Assembly: GCA_002269645.1 (NCBI GenBank)
Contig: NIVC01002374.1
Span: forward strand, 1-64,000
DNA from: Macrostomum lignano
Lineage: Eukaryota
Direction of reading: 5' to 3'
Length of the DNA stretch: 64,000 bases
The stretch's first letter is position 1. Every line of letters starts with the position of its first letter. Positions 12,633 through 27,357 of the stretch are shown here, in pieces. Both the position numbers and the translations under genes were made by a program. The notes below the pieces were generated by a model. The model was not told where the DNA came from, did not search any database, and saw only the letters and a program-made list of their open reading frames with translations.

Positions 12633-14320
12633 GGGTTATTCCATGATAGGGTCATCAAAGGCATAGAAATTTTTTTAAAAATTATTTGCAAATATGAATA
12701 TTTTATTTTGCATATAATTATGTATAGTTTCATTTTTATGTAGTTTCATACACATTTATCTACCTCTAGGTATATATATTTTGTTTTGATCATGGTACCC
12801 TTGCAAGATTTTAAATGTCCCGCGGGACATTATAAAAAGTTTAATCTAGTTTTCAATAAGAAAAAAAGTTAATAAACATAATGCATCAAGTGCATAAATA
12901 ATAAAAATCTTTCTTTCTTATATCTAAAGACTGAAATTATAAAAATTTATGATCTAATATAGTTCTATCTATCATAATTTTTTATTTCAAAAAGTTTGAC
13001 TTCCCTTTTTTAAGTGTTAAAAACGACCATAATTTTTTTTACAAAAAGTTGTTGTACCAATTTTCAAGAGGTTTATAAGTTGATAATTTTTTGCTAAAAT
13101 ATTTTCTGAGCCTATATTTAAGTTTATAGTCATTTTTGTTAGTTTATGATAAGTGTAACATGCTAAAAAACCCTGCAAAGTTACCTAATGACCATCATTT
13201 TCTGGTATTCTGAAATTTGTTGATCTTCATAAAACCTGAATTACTATCATTTATTCCTAAATTTTATACAAAAAACTGAATTTACTGATATTCTAAAATC
13301 ATGTCTTTTTTTTAATGTGAATTACTTATTAAATTTCTCTTTCAAAGTTTTTACAGTTTTGATTGTAAAGAAAAATATAGTGGAATTCAAGTCTTTTATT
13401 AAAAATGTATACTGTCAATTACTTGTTTGATACCTTAAAATCATTTTCAACCTGCACTATTAAAAAGGTTGTTCCAATTACTAACCATGCACCTAGAACT
13501 CTCCACTTTAGTTTGCAATGCACCTTAACACATGCCCCAATCTTCAGCATAAGTAGTCTAACTAGACTCAAGTTTTTACTATCCATTGGTGCTACTGCTT
13601 ATTGCCTAACAAATAATCTGTATTTGCCTTTGGTTTTATTAATTGTTATATTCTATTCTTTGAATTCTTGAATAGATTAGGACTGTCCATCTTTATGATC
13701 ATATGTTGAGTTGTGCAATCATGAAGTGATGTTTTTGTTGAAGGTGCATAAGTACATTTGATCTGAAATGTGAAACAGGTATAATAAATTTTATGGTTAG
13801 ACAAGCAAGTTATAGTTTTTATATGAACAACTATGGATTATAAACAATCTTTTAACCAAGATTGTATCTAAAAATAGAGAATCCTAATACACTTTTTAAA
13901 ACTGAAGGTCGTTTTTTTTTAAACAAACGACTGTCAGTCAACGACCGTCATTTAAGAAAAAATGTGCAACACAGTTAAAGTTATTTACTAAAATGTAATG
14001 ATTGTTTGTAACCATTCATCTAGCTATTGTTTACTACAATTAATGATCAATTGAGACAAAAACTTGCCTGATTCGCAGGAATCTTAAACTTAAGTTATAA
14101 AGTTGGATATATAAACTTTCACTAAAAACGACCGTTATCAAAAGTTTCTCTCTGCTAAATCAACACAGTAAGACAAATGACTTCAAAATGTATCTCATCT
14201 TAATCTAGAGGTCACGCCCATAAATATAGAACTCACAAAGTCTCAATTTAGTTTGTCTTTTGTATGATTACTGATTAATATTTGCTCCAACCCAACGACC
14301 GTCATCTCGTGGAATTACCC
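12633..14320. mobile_element. Possible old AT-rich non-autonomous DNA transposon
   Basis: Ends GGGTTATTCCATGA / TCGTGGAATTACCC, flanked by TTAT on both sides; no coding remnant recognised. Confidence 0.3.
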
Positions 14321-14364
14321 TTATAATAAAATTTTCCTAGTTTGTCCTTGATAAACCTTGTCAG

Positions 14365-14812
14365 CTTTGAGCAATTCCCTATAAACATTGGAGCCTGAGA
14401 GAAATTCTTCATAGACATTGGAGCCTATGAGCAATTCCCTATAGACATTGGAGTCTAAGAGTAATTCCTTAAACATTGGAGCCTAAGAGCAATTCCCCAT
14501 GGACATTGGAGCCTAAGAGCAATTCCCCATGAACATTGGAGCCTACAAGCAATTACTCATGAACATTGGAGCCTACAAGCAATTCCCCATGGACATTGGA
14601 GCCTGAGAGAAATTCCTCAGACATTGGAGCCTATGAGCAATTCCCCATGAACATTGGAGCCTACAAGCAATTCCTCATGGACATTGGAGCCTAAGAGCAA
14701 TTCCCCATGAACATTGGAGCCTAAGAGAGAGCAATTCCCCATGAACATTGGAGCCTAAGAGAGAGCAATTCCCCATGGACATTGGAGCCCAAGAGCAATT
14801 CCCCATGAACCT
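14365..14812. repeat. ~29-30-bp minisatellite (ACATTGGAGCCTAAGAGCAATTCCCCATG)
   Basis: Tandem units about 330 bp upstream of the eIF3c ATG. Confidence 0.95.
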
Positions 14813-15140
14813 TGGCGACTGATTGCTTCAGTAGTCAATTTGCAACTTCCTCTTTTGTTTTCCTTCCCCTTTTTCCATTGCTTCAACTGTTTTTTTTCTA
14901 TCTCCTATTTTCCCTTCCTGCTTCTCTCCTTGCTTTGCTCCTTCATAATCATTTTTGCCTTTTCTTCTTTTGGGACAGGAATCAATTTTGGCCAGCGACC
15001 TCTTTAACTGGGGCGGGGGGTCACAGAGATCAGATAGATAATCCTAGAGGGTGAAACACAAAAGCCTACATGAGATCACAGTATTTAGTATTGCTGTTTC
15101 TTTCAGCAGTTGCAGTGCTCACTGATCTCTAAGCAAGACA

Positions 15141-18100
15141 ATGTCCAAGTTTTTCGCTATGGAAGACTCCACATCGGAGTCCGAGTCCGAAGATAGTCGC
15201 GACTCTGACTCCGATTTTGGCGGAGGTGCCCGGTTTGAAAAGGGCGGCCGCGGCCAGGGCAAAGCTGGCGGCTACAGGGCCGAGGACTCAGAGGAGTCGG
15301 GCTCTGAAGACGAGGAGAAGCGCGTAGTGAAGAGTCAGAAAGAGAAGAAGTTCGGCGAGCTCACTAGCATTGTGAAAAATCTTCGCAATCATAAGAAAAT
15401 CAACGACGTGTCCAATGTGCTCACCGACTTCGAAGAGTTGGTTAAGAAATTTGAGAAATCCAAGAAGGTCATCGAAGCCGAGGGGGTGCCGAATTTCTAC
15501 ATTAAATGCATTGCTGAACTCGAAGACTTCACCAACGAGGCCTGGGAAGGTCGGAAGAAAATGAGCAAAATGGCCGCCAAGAGTCTGACAACGCTCAGGC
15601 AGAAAATACGCAAATACAATCGCGACTTCGAGGAAAAGATTACTGCGTTCAGGTAAGACTGTCTCTGTCAGTCCGATCTCTGTGTCTGTCTGTGCCTGTC
15701 TTACCCTCTGTGTATGCTGTCTGTGCCTGTCTTACCCTCTGTGTCTGTGCCTGTCTTACCCTCTGTGTCTGTGCCTGTCTTACCCTCTGTGTCTGTGCCT
15801 GTCTTACCCTCTGTGTCTGTGCCTGTCTTACCCTCTGTGTCTGTGCCTGTCTTACCCTCTGTGTCTGTGCCTGTCTTACCCTCTGTCAGCTGTGTCTGTG
15901 CCTGTCTTACCCTCTGTCAGCTGTGTCTGTGCCTGTCTTACCCTCTGTCTGTGCCTGTCTTACCCTCTGTGTCTGCTGTCTGTGCCTGTCTTACCCTCTG
16001 TGTCTCTGCCTGTCTTACCCTCTGTGTCTGCTGTCTGTGCCTGTCTTACCCACTGTTTCTTACCTCTGTATCTTACCCTCTGTGTCTGTCTGTCCTACAC
16101 TCCGTGTCTGCGTCTTGCTCTCTGGGACTTGTCTGTCTGTCTGTGACTCACCATCTTTGTCTGTATTTCTTGCTGTCTCCTATCTGTCTTGTCAACTGTC
16201 TCACGCCTGTCTGCCTTCCATTTCCCTGAGCACCCCCTGCATTTATTAGTGGCCAAATAAAATCTATGCCCGCATCCGCAGGGCCAACCCGGAGGAATTC
16301 GACGAAGAAGAGGAGCCGCCGGCGCCTCAGTCGGCCGGTGGCGGCGACGCTGGCGCCGATCGCGACCTGGAGGACGGCGCTGACGGAGGCGGATTCTTGG
16401 CCGCCAAGCAGGCCGGCGGGCGGCGCCGAGGCAGCCAGTCGGACGATTCGGACGAAGACTGGGGCGGCGATTCGGACGAAAGTTCGAGCTCGTCCAGCTC
16501 GGACGAGGACTACGGCGGCAATTTGGCGGCCAAATTTCTTAAGCGGCCGGGCAAAGAAGAGGAGAGAGCGGCCAAGAAGAAGGTGGGATTATTCGGTGCA
16601 AATTTGAATTTACATTGCAGTTTTGTTTTGTCAGAATCGTTTGCAATCTGATATTTATCGATTAATAGTGAAAAGGAATTATCTAGGGGGGGGGGTTGTA
16701 GCCTAGTGGTTAGAGCGTTGAACTCGCGACTGAAAGGTCGGGGGTTCGATTCTCGATCCACTCGGAGCAATTTGTGTCCTTGAGCAAGACATTTAACCCT
16801 GCATTGCTTCACTTCACCCAGCTGTAAAATGGGTGGTAATTGAGGGTGTGTGTGGTTATGATATTTAGGGTGTATGATGGAAAGTGCTTTCGGAGTTGTG
16901 ATTTTTATGATGGTTTATGGTTTATGATGGTGGCCCCGACTGCCAAGCAAGATATCACGTGGTATCTATTTTTAGCAACTGACGTCAATGCCTTGTCTTA
17001 AAAGTCAAGAGCATCGGAGCACTTGAAGTCCCCTAATCTCTTTAGTATATTTCCACATAGTAAAATTTCGGGTTATAATGTCGTAGTTTTCGTTAATTGC
17101 ATTTGCATACTACTTGTGTTAATACGAGTAAATAAGTAGTGTGATTCGTTGATAAAAAGTATGCAAAAATTTTAACACCATCCGCCCGCAGGCCAAGCAG
17201 GACGAGAAGGACCGGCGGAAGCGAGACGAAGCTCATCGTCGGGAGGAGCGCCGGCGCGAGGAGGAGGGTGAGGACAAGGACTGGGAGAAGGTGGACCGCG
17301 GCGGCCTGGCTAAAGCTCAGAAAGTGCGCCTATTCGAGAAGGGTCAGGAGATCAGCTTCGCCGCCGCCGTCAAGAAGCTGGAAGAGATTCGCAAAGGCCG
17401 AGGCAAGCGAGGCACCGACAAGACGGAGCAGATTGGCACCCTACAGGAGATGGAGAAGATTGTGCTAGAAAATGGCTTTGGGCCAGGACTGCAGATCAAG
17501 GTTGGTCTAAGTTTTATTGGTTGTTTGGACTACGATAGGTGGCTTCCTGTCTACGCTACTGGTTAAATCTGAAATTCTTTCCCCATTGTCCAATTACTAA
17601 CATTTCCCAAGCTTGAACTACTAATAGTAGCGTAAAAGCACATCTGCTTAAAAATCTGTCCTATCACACGACCAATTATACTTCCCGTTCTCTATACTCC
17701 AATACGATGTTTTATAAATCGTATGAAATCACTCTTAAGCCTGATCATGAAAATCGCCCTTCAACCCTATCATGAGAATCACCCTTTAACTCCATCATGA
17801 TAATCGCCCTTCAACAACCCCACCATGAGAATCGCCCTTCAACAACCCCACCATGAGAATCGCCCTTCAACAACCCCACCATGAGAATCGCCCTTCAACA
17901 ACCCCACCATGAGAATCGCCCTTCAACAACCCCACCATGAGAATCGCCCTTCACCCCACCATGAGAATCATACATGCGCAACCTTGGGAATCACTCGGCC
18001 GTTTCTATTGGCAACACACAAATGTAAGTCGCTATTGGCTGAGAGCAGTCACGTGACTACTATTCCGTCCAATAGCGACTTACATGTGTGTGTTGCCAAT

Positions 18101-21100
18101 AGAAACGGCCGGGTGAATCTCTAGGTTGCGCCCAAGCATGATGAGAATCGCCCTTCAACAACCCCACCATGAGAATCGTCCTTCAACAACCCCACCATGA
18201 GAATCGCCTTTCACCCCATCATGAGAATCGCCCTTCAACCCCATCATGAGAATCGCCCTTCAACAACCCCACCATGAGAATCGCCCTTCAACAACCCCAT
18301 CATGAGAATCGCCCTTCAACAACCCCATCATGAGAATCGCCCTTCAACAACCCCACCATGAGAATCGCCCTTCAACAACCCCATCATGAGAATCGCCCTT
18401 CAACAACCCCATCATGAGAATCGCCCTTCAACAACCCCATCATGAGAATCGCCCTTCAACAACCCCACCATGAGAATCGCCCTTCAACAACCCCATCATG
18501 AGAATCGCCCTTCAACAACCCCATCATGAGAATCGCCCTTCAACAACCCCATCATGAGAATCGCCCTTCAACAACCCCATCATGAGAATCGCCTTTCAAC
18601 CCCATCATGAGAATCGCCTTTCAACCCCATCATGAGAATCGCCTTTCAACCCCACCATGAGAATCGCCCTTCAACAACCCCATCATGAGAATCGCCTTTC
18701 AACCCCATCATGAGAATCGCCTTTCAACCCCATCATGAGAATCGCCTTTCAACCCCACCATGAGAATCGCCCTTCAACAACCCCATCATGAGAATCGCCT
18801 TTCAACCCCATCATGAGAATCGCCTTTCAACCCCATCATGAGAATCGCCTTTCAACCCCACCATGAGAATCGCCCTTCAACAACCCCACCATGAGAATCG
18901 CCCTTCAACAAACCCATCATGAGAATCGCCTTTCAACCCCACCATGAGAATCGCCCTTCAACAACCCCATCATGAGAATCGCCCTTCAACCCCATCATGA
19001 GAATCGCCCTTCAACCTCATCATCATGAGAATCGCCCTTCAACAACCCCACCATGAGAATCGCCCTTCAACAACCCCATCATGAGAATCGCCCTTCAACA
19101 ACCCCATCATTAGAATCGCCCTTCAACAACCCCATCATGAGAATCGCCCTTCAACAACCCCATCATGAGAATCGCCTTTCAACCCCATCATGAGAATCGC
19201 CTTTCAACCCCATCATGAGAATCGCCTTTCAACCCCACCATGAGAATCGCCCTTCAACAACCCCATCATGAGAATCGCCTTTCAACCCCATCATGAGAAT
19301 CGCCTTTCAACCCCATCATGAGAATCGCCTTTCAACCCCACCATGAGAATCGCCCTTCAACAACCCCACCATGAGAATCGCCCTTCAACAAACCCATCAT
19401 GAGAATCGCCTTTCAACCCCACCATGAGAATCGCCCTTCAACAACCCCATCATGAGAATCGCCCTTCAACCCCATCATGAGAATCGCCCTTCAACCTCAT
19501 CATCATGAGAATCGCCCTTCACCCATCATGAGAATCGCCCTTCGACCCCCATGAGAATCGCCCTTCAACCCCACCATGAGAATCGCCCTTCAACCTCATC
19601 ATCATGAGAATCGCCCTTCACCCACCATGAGAATCGCCCTTCGACCCCACCATTAGAATCGCCCTTCGACCCCACTATTAGAATCGCCCTTCGACCCCAC
19701 TATGAGAATCGCCCCATTAATCGCCACTTCCCGTACCCCTCACCTGGCAGGTAATCTTCGACATCGTGTCGGCCATATTCGACTACAACCCCAGCATCGC
19801 GGTGTCGATGCGAGCGGAGCTGTGGCTGCAGCTGCTGGACAATCTCGACAGGCTGTTCGACCTGCTAGAGCGACACTCCAGCGACATTGTGATCGGCGCT
19901 TCCGTGCCCGACGATGGAGAAATGCTGGAGTCGGCGCCCTACATGATCGCCGAGTGCCCGCTCACCCAGCTGGAGCGCATGGACAGTGAGTACACCAAGA
20001 TTCTGCAGAACTCGGACGCTCACAGTACGGTTTATGTTGAACGGCTTCAAGACGAGCGCCGAGTGTGCAGCCTGATTGACAGGCTGGTGGCCTACATGGA
20101 GGCCAAGCGGGACAAGCAGGCCTGCTCCGACATCGATTTGGGCCGGGCCTACAGCCTGCGGATCCAGCATCTGTACTACAAATTCGATCAGGACTGGGCC
20201 AAGCGGGTTCTGCAGTCTGGCGGACTGGTGAGGGAGTCGCTGGGCTCTGGGGTTCATACTCATACGAGGGGTGATCAAAAAGTTCTGCAACCTTTTGTTA
20301 TAGCTTTTAGTTATAGAATCGGCAAAAGCCAAAAACTTGCACATACGTGGCTATATCTGTTTGCTATATTTATATGCATTTTTGGCTTCCAAATATGCCC
20401 CAGTCAAATTTCACAACCATATATTTTCCATGTGTTTTCAGTAGCTGATGGAACCATCAAAAGACAGTGTTCGCTTCTATATCTTTATGCGCATGCAACT
20501 TGGTTGCAAAGTGACTGAGATTCACACCGATCTGGTGAATGTTTTAGCTGACTCTGCTCCATCATTTGACACGGTTGCCCGCTGGCTGCGCCATTTCTTG
20601 GAAGGCTGGGACAGCTTCAACGATGAATCGAGGTCTGGCCGACCCCGGACATCCGTGACCGAAGATGTCGTGGCCCGTGCCGATGCAATAATTCGTGAGA
20701 ATTGGAGCATTATGCTGAGATTCCTTGCCTATGAGCTTGGTGTCAGCTATGGAAGTACTCATAACATCATGCATGAGCAACTAGGCCGCACAAAGACCTG
20801 CGCTCGGTGGGTACCCCATTTTCTCACTCCGGATCAGCAAGTAGAGAGGGTGCGCATCTGTCGCTTGTGACAGCAAATTTTTGAGCCCCACGGCCCACAA
20901 CGACTGTCGAATGTCATCACAGGAGACAAAAGTTGGATTTCCTTCTCTCCATGAAGGATGAGCAGTCCAACATGGTCTGGCTGGCAGAAGATGAGCCTAG
21001 GCCTGAGGTGCTGAAGACCGGATTCCGCAGTCGGAAGCGGATATTCACCATTTTTTCAACTTTCAGGGTGTTGTATCGGTAAAAATCCTTCCAGCGGGTG

Positions 21101-24100
21101 CCACAGTGACTGCCAGGTACTACACAGACACTGTTCTGCCAGGCGTGCTGCAGGAGCGGCAGGAACGTGTGCGAACCAGGCATGGACCTCGACTCCTGCT
21201 GCACCATGACAATGCGGCACCGCACAGAGCGGCCTCAACCTTGGTGTACCTGGAGCAGCAGGGGGTCCGGATGCTGCCCCATCCACCCTACTCTCCAGAC
21301 CTAGCACCGTGCGACTTTTGGCTGTTCCCGAGGATCAAATCCGTCATTTCTGGGAGGCCGTTTTCACGCATACAAGACCTTGCCCAAGCGTTACATTCAG
21401 CTCTACAGGGTATACCAACTTCGGAGTACCATGACTGCTTTCAGACATGGTGCATATGCATTGCGATGGTGCATAGATAGTGGTGGAAAGTACTTTGAGG
21501 GAATGTGACACTGATTAGACGCCGTGGCTGCTGTAACACTGAGTTGTGAGGTCACTTGCAGAACTTTTTGATCACCCCTCGTACAAATCATTTTTGAATC
21601 TAATCTAACTAATTAAATCAGATATAACTTATTCAATTCTATCAATGCTCAATCTAATCTGTCCAAATAGATCTGTAATCAATATAATCTATTCAATTTG
21701 ATCTTTGATCAATCTAATCCATCCAAATAGATCTATGATCAATCTAATCTATCTAATTAGATCTATGATAGATCTTATCTATCCAATTAGATCTGGATAT
21801 GATCAGTCTTATCTATCCAATTAGTTCTATGATCAATCTAATCCATCCAAATACATTTATAATCAATCTAGTCTATTCAACTAGATCTGTAATCAATCTA
21901 TTCAATTTGATCTTTGATCAATCTAATCTATTCAACTTGATTTATGATCAATCTAATCCATCCAAATAGATCTATGATCAATCTAATCTATCTAATTAGA
22001 TCCATGATCAATTTAGTCTATCCAAATAGATCTATGATCAATCTAATTTATCCAAATAGATCTATTTTCACTCTAATCTATCTTATTTAATCAATGGGAT
22101 GAAATTGATTGTCTCATGTATTCAAGTGGGTCTATCTATCTATTCTATTTTTCGTCAATTTCCAACGATAAGTGTATATATCTAATCAATCTCATTTGTT
22201 AATCCAAATGAGAACCGATAAAAATATTTACAATCTCACTCAAATCGTTGACCCAAACCCATCAGCTAAACGCCGCAGACGTGACGGAGTCTCAATCGAT
22301 GCGCGAGATGAACCGGATGTGCCAGCTGATCTACCAGGGCAACCAGCAGCGGGAGCGAACCCGGGCCATTCTCTACCACACCTACTTCCTGGCGCTGCAC
22401 GACCAGTGGTTTCGAGCTCGCGACCTCATGCTGATGAGCAGTCTGCAGCAGCACATTGAGCACTCGGACATTGCCACGCAGATTCTCTACAATCGGGCCA
22501 TGGTGCAGCTCGGCCTGTGCGCTTTTCGCAAAGGTCAATTGAAGGACGCGCACATGGCGCTCGTGGATATACAGAGCAGCGGCCGGGCCAAGGAGCTGCT
22601 GGCTCAGGGCGTCATTCCCGCCAGGTGAGTGAGGCTTCAAATCTCAAATGCTAAATCCATTAGATTCTCAATCCTTGAAAATGAGATCTCAAATCATCAT
22701 GTTTGATTCTTAATCGCTGAGATCTCAAACCATCACTTAGATTAGCAATCGTTGAGATCTCAAATCATCACCTAAATTCTCAAGACTTAAAATCTCTAAT
22801 CATCAAAATTAGCAATCGCTGAGATCTCAAATCATCAAGATTAGCAATCGCTGAGATCTCAAATCATCAAGATTAGCTATCACTGAGATCTCAAATCATC
22901 ACTTAGATTAGCAATCGTTGAGATCTCAAATCATCACTTAGATTAGCAATCGTTGAGATCTCAAATCATCACTTAGATTAGCAATTGTTGAGATCTCAAA
23001 TCATCACTTAGATTAGCAATCGCTGAGATCTCAAATCCACAAATCAAAGAGTTGCAATCGCTATGCCTACACCCGTGACACCGCCAGATTTGAACGTACA
23101 CCGGAGCAGGAGAAGCTGGAGAAACGGCGCCAGATGCCCTACCACATGCACATCAACCTGGAGCTGCTGGAGTGCGTCTACCTAGTCAGCGCCATGCTGC
23201 TGGAGATTCCTTCAATCGCGGCCCACGAAAACGATCAGCGGCGTCGGATGATCTCCAAGAATTTCCACCACGTGCTGAAGATCAACGAGAGGAACACGGT
23301 GAACGGGCCGCCCGAGTCAATGCGCGAGCACGTTGTGGCCGCGGCCAAGGCAATGCGACAGGGCAAGTGGCAGGAAACCCGGGCCTACATTATCAACGAC
23401 AAGATGAACGCTAAGGTATGCTAAACTGATTAAAAATGGCTTGCATTAGTTGCAATACTAAGGTTGCAATAGTTGCAATAATCCGGTTGCAATAGTTGCA
23501 ATAATCTGGTTGCAATAGGTGCAATAATCAGGTTGCAATAGGTGCAATAATCTGGTTTCAATAGTTGCAATAATCCGGTTGCAATAGGTGCAATAATCTG
23601 GTTGCAATAATTGCAGTAATCAGGTTGCAATAATCTGGTTGCAATAGTTGCAATAATCAGGTTGCAATAATCTGGTTGCAATAGTTGCAATAATCAGGTT
23701 GCAATAATCAGGTTGCAATAGTTGCAATAATCAGATTGCAATAGTTGCAATAATCAGGTTGCAATAGGTGCAATAATCTGGTTGCAATAGTTGCGATAAT
23801 CTGGTTGCAATAGTTGCAATAATCAGATTGCAATAGTTGCAATAATCAGGTTGCAATAGTTGCAATAATCAGATTGCAATAGTTGCAATAATCAGGTTGC
23901 AATAGTTGCAATAATCCGATTGCAATAGTTGCAATAATCTGGTTGCAATAGGTGCAATAATCAGGTTGCAATAGGTGCAATAATCTGGTTGCAATAGTTG
24001 CAATAATCCGGTTGCAATAGGTGCAATAATCTGGTTTCAATAGTTGCAATAATCCGGTTGCAATAGGTGCAATAATCTGGTTGCAATAGTTGCAATAATC

Positions 24101-26787
24101 AGGTTGCAATAATCTGGTTGCAATAGTTGCAATAATCAGATTGCAATAGTTGCAATAATCAGGTTGCAATAGGTGCAATAATCTGGTTGCAATAGGTGCA
24201 ATAATCTGGTTTCAATAGTTGCAATAATCCGGTTGCAATAGGTGCAATAATCTGGTTGCAATAATTGCAGTAATCAGGTTGCAATAATCTGGTTGCAATA
24301 GTTGCAATAATCAGGTTGCAATAATCTGGTTGCAATAGGTGCAATAATCTGGTTGCAATAGTTGCAATAATCAGGTTGCAATAATCTGGTTGCAATAGGT
24401 GCAATAATCTGGTTGCAATAGTTGCGATAATCTGGTTGCAATAGTTGCAATAATCAGATTGCAATAGTTGCAATAATCAGGTTGCAATAGTTGCAATAAT
24501 CAGATTGCAATAGTTGCAATAATCAGGTTGCAATAGTTGCAATAATCAGATTGCAATAGTTGCAATAATCAGGTTGCAATAGTTGCAATAATCCGATTGC
24601 AATAGTTGCAATAATCTGGTTGCAATAGGTGCAATAATCAGGTTGCAATAGGTGCAATAATCTGGTTGCAATAGTTGCAATAATCCGGTTGCAATAGTTG
24701 CAATAATCTGGTTGCAATAGGTGCAATAATCAGGTTGCAATAGTTGCAATAATCAGATTGCAATAGTTGCAATAATCAGTTTGCAATAGTTGCAATAATC
24801 AGATTGCAATAGTTGCAATAATCAGGTTGCAATAGTTGCAATAATCAGATTGCAATAGTTGCGATAATCTGGTTGCAATAGGTGCAATAATCATGTTGCA
24901 ATAATCTGGTTGCAATAGTTGCAATAATCAGATTGCAATAGTTGCAATAATCCGGTTGTAATAATTGCAATAATCCGGTTGCAATACTTGCAATAATCCG
25001 GTTGCAATAGGTGCAATAATCAGGTTGCAACAGTTGCAGAACCGGTAACCCCATTAGCTTACTGTTACCAGAGTGCAATAAACAGGCCATCTCAACCAAT
25101 CCCCACTGTTCCCAGGTGTGGAATCTGTTTTTTCAATCGGAAAACGTGAAGACCATGCTGGAGAGCAAAATCAAGGAGGAGGCCATGCGAACCTATCTGT
25201 TCACGTTCTCTTCAATTTACGACACTTTGAGCATGAGCTGCCTAGCCGAGCAGTTCGAACTGGAGCTCAGCCAGGTGCACTCTGTAGTCAGCCGCATGAT
25301 TCTGCACGACGAGATCTCCGCTAGCTTGGACGAGCCAACCAGGTGCATTGTGATGCACAAGACTGAGCCAACCCGACTGCAGCAGCTGTCGCTGCAGCTC
25401 ACTGAGCGGCTGTCAAGCCTGGTTGATATGAATGAGAAAATTGCCGAGGCTAAGAATATTAGCATTACATCGTCTGGTCCGCGTAAGTGCCGACGTTTAG
25501 GGGTTTCTGGCGATTTTTTTCTAATTGGGGGTTTATGGCGATTTTTTTGATTTGGGGGTTTCTGGCGATTTTTTTGATTTGATTTATGGCGATTTTCTTG
25601 ATTTAATAGTTTATGGCGATTTTTCTGATTAGGTGGTTTATGGCGATTTTTCTGATTGGGGTTTCCTGGTGATTTTTTTCTAATTGGGGGTTTCTGGCGA
25701 TTTTTCTAATTGGGGGTTTATGGCGGTTTTTCTAATTGGGGGTTTATGGCGGTTTTTCTAATTTGAGTTTATGGCGATTTTTCTAATTTAGAGGTTTCTG
25801 GCGATTTTTTTATTTGGTTTATGGCGATTTTTTGATTTGGTGGTTTATGGCGATTTTTCTGATTTGATTTATGGCGATTTTCTTGATTTAATAGTTTATG
25901 GCGATTTTTCTGATTGGGGTTTCCTGGTGATTTTTTTCAAATTGGGGGTTTCTGGCGATTTTTCTTATTGAGGGTTTCTGGCAATATTTTAAAATTAAAG
26001 TATTTCTGTGTCGACTTCTTTAATTGGGAATTCCTGCCGGTTTAAAATGCAAAAGAAGAAGATTTATTAGTGCAGAATCAGTTATTAGTACATGACAAAA
26101 CTTTTCCATTTTTTATGCCGTTCAGGCCAATTCCAAGGCCAGCAGCAGGCCAACCGGGGCCAATACGCTGGTAAGTTGAACAAATATTTTTTATTTATTT
26201 ACCTTCTATTCATTTATCGGAGTACTATTTGCCCCTGTGAATAGTTCCCTGCCAATATCAACTAATGATTGATTTATTACTTTAATCTCCAACGCTGGGC
26301 CGTGCAAACCCAGAGAACAGTTCTTAGTCCAGTTTCTAGCTGTAGGACTTCATGGCTAGCTGGGCACAAAGTCCAGTTAACTGTTTATCGCTTAAATTCA
26401 ATCGATTCATGGCTTCGCACAGCCTGCTGTAGTTGAGTTGGCTTTTGTGGTTCTGCTCTCCCCCCCCCGCCTCTCTCCTCTCTGTCCCGTCACTTCTTTT
26501 AGCTTTTGAATCCACCTGTTCCGCTGTTCCGCCTCTTTGTGCCTGTCCAACTCATGCGAGCTTTTCTCGCGCCGCCTTCCCGAGTAAAATTGTATCTGTG
26601 CCTGTGTTGATCAATCCATCTGTCTGTCTGTGAGTGACTGTCTGTCTGTCTTGCTTTTGTGTGTTTAGAAGCAACTCCAATCCTGCTTCTAAAGAGCTGC
26701 GGCAACCGTTTTAAAATTAACTTAACATATCTTATGAGTATATCTTTAAGACCGCGAATCATATTTATCTATCTATCTACCTATCTA

Positions 26788-26820
<33 letters not shown>

Positions 26821-26851
26821 TGATCTATCTATCCGTCTCTCTATCCATCTG

Positions 26852-26902
<51 letters not shown>

Positions 26903-26942
26903 GTCTGTCTGTCCATCTATCTATCTATCTATCCATCTATCC

Positions 26943-26977
<35 letters not shown>

Positions 26978-26983
26978 CATCTG

Positions 26984-27026
<43 letters not shown>

Positions 27027-27078
27027 GTCTGTCTGTCTGTCCATCTATCTATCTATCTATCTATCTATCCATCTATCC

Positions 27079-27113
<35 letters not shown>

Positions 27114-27119
27114 CATCTG

Positions 27120-27162
<43 letters not shown>

Positions 27163-27206
27163 GTCTGTCTGTCTGTCCATCTATCTATCTATCTATCCAT
27201 CTATCC

Positions 27207-27260
<54 letters not shown>

Positions 27261-27321
27261 TGATCTATCTATCTATCTACCTATCTATCTATCTACCTAT
27301 CTATCTATCTATCTATCTATA

Positions 27322-27357
<36 letters not shown>

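Noticed and set aside
17740-19715. CRISPR-like appearance of regular repeats (also 50455-51658)
   Set aside because: Head-to-tail units without unique spacers, no cas genes, eukaryotic intronic or intergenic context.
19865-20344. Antisense ORFs overlapping true exons (also 22266-22640, 25217-25465, 56442-57005)
   Set aside because: Shadow frames expected from GC3-rich coding sequence.
23430-25099. Cys-rich minus-strand ORFs ([11 protein letters not shown]…) suggesting an antisense repeat protein
   Set aside because: Unit lengths of 9 and 15 bp keep frames open automatically; no start, splice or unique domain context.
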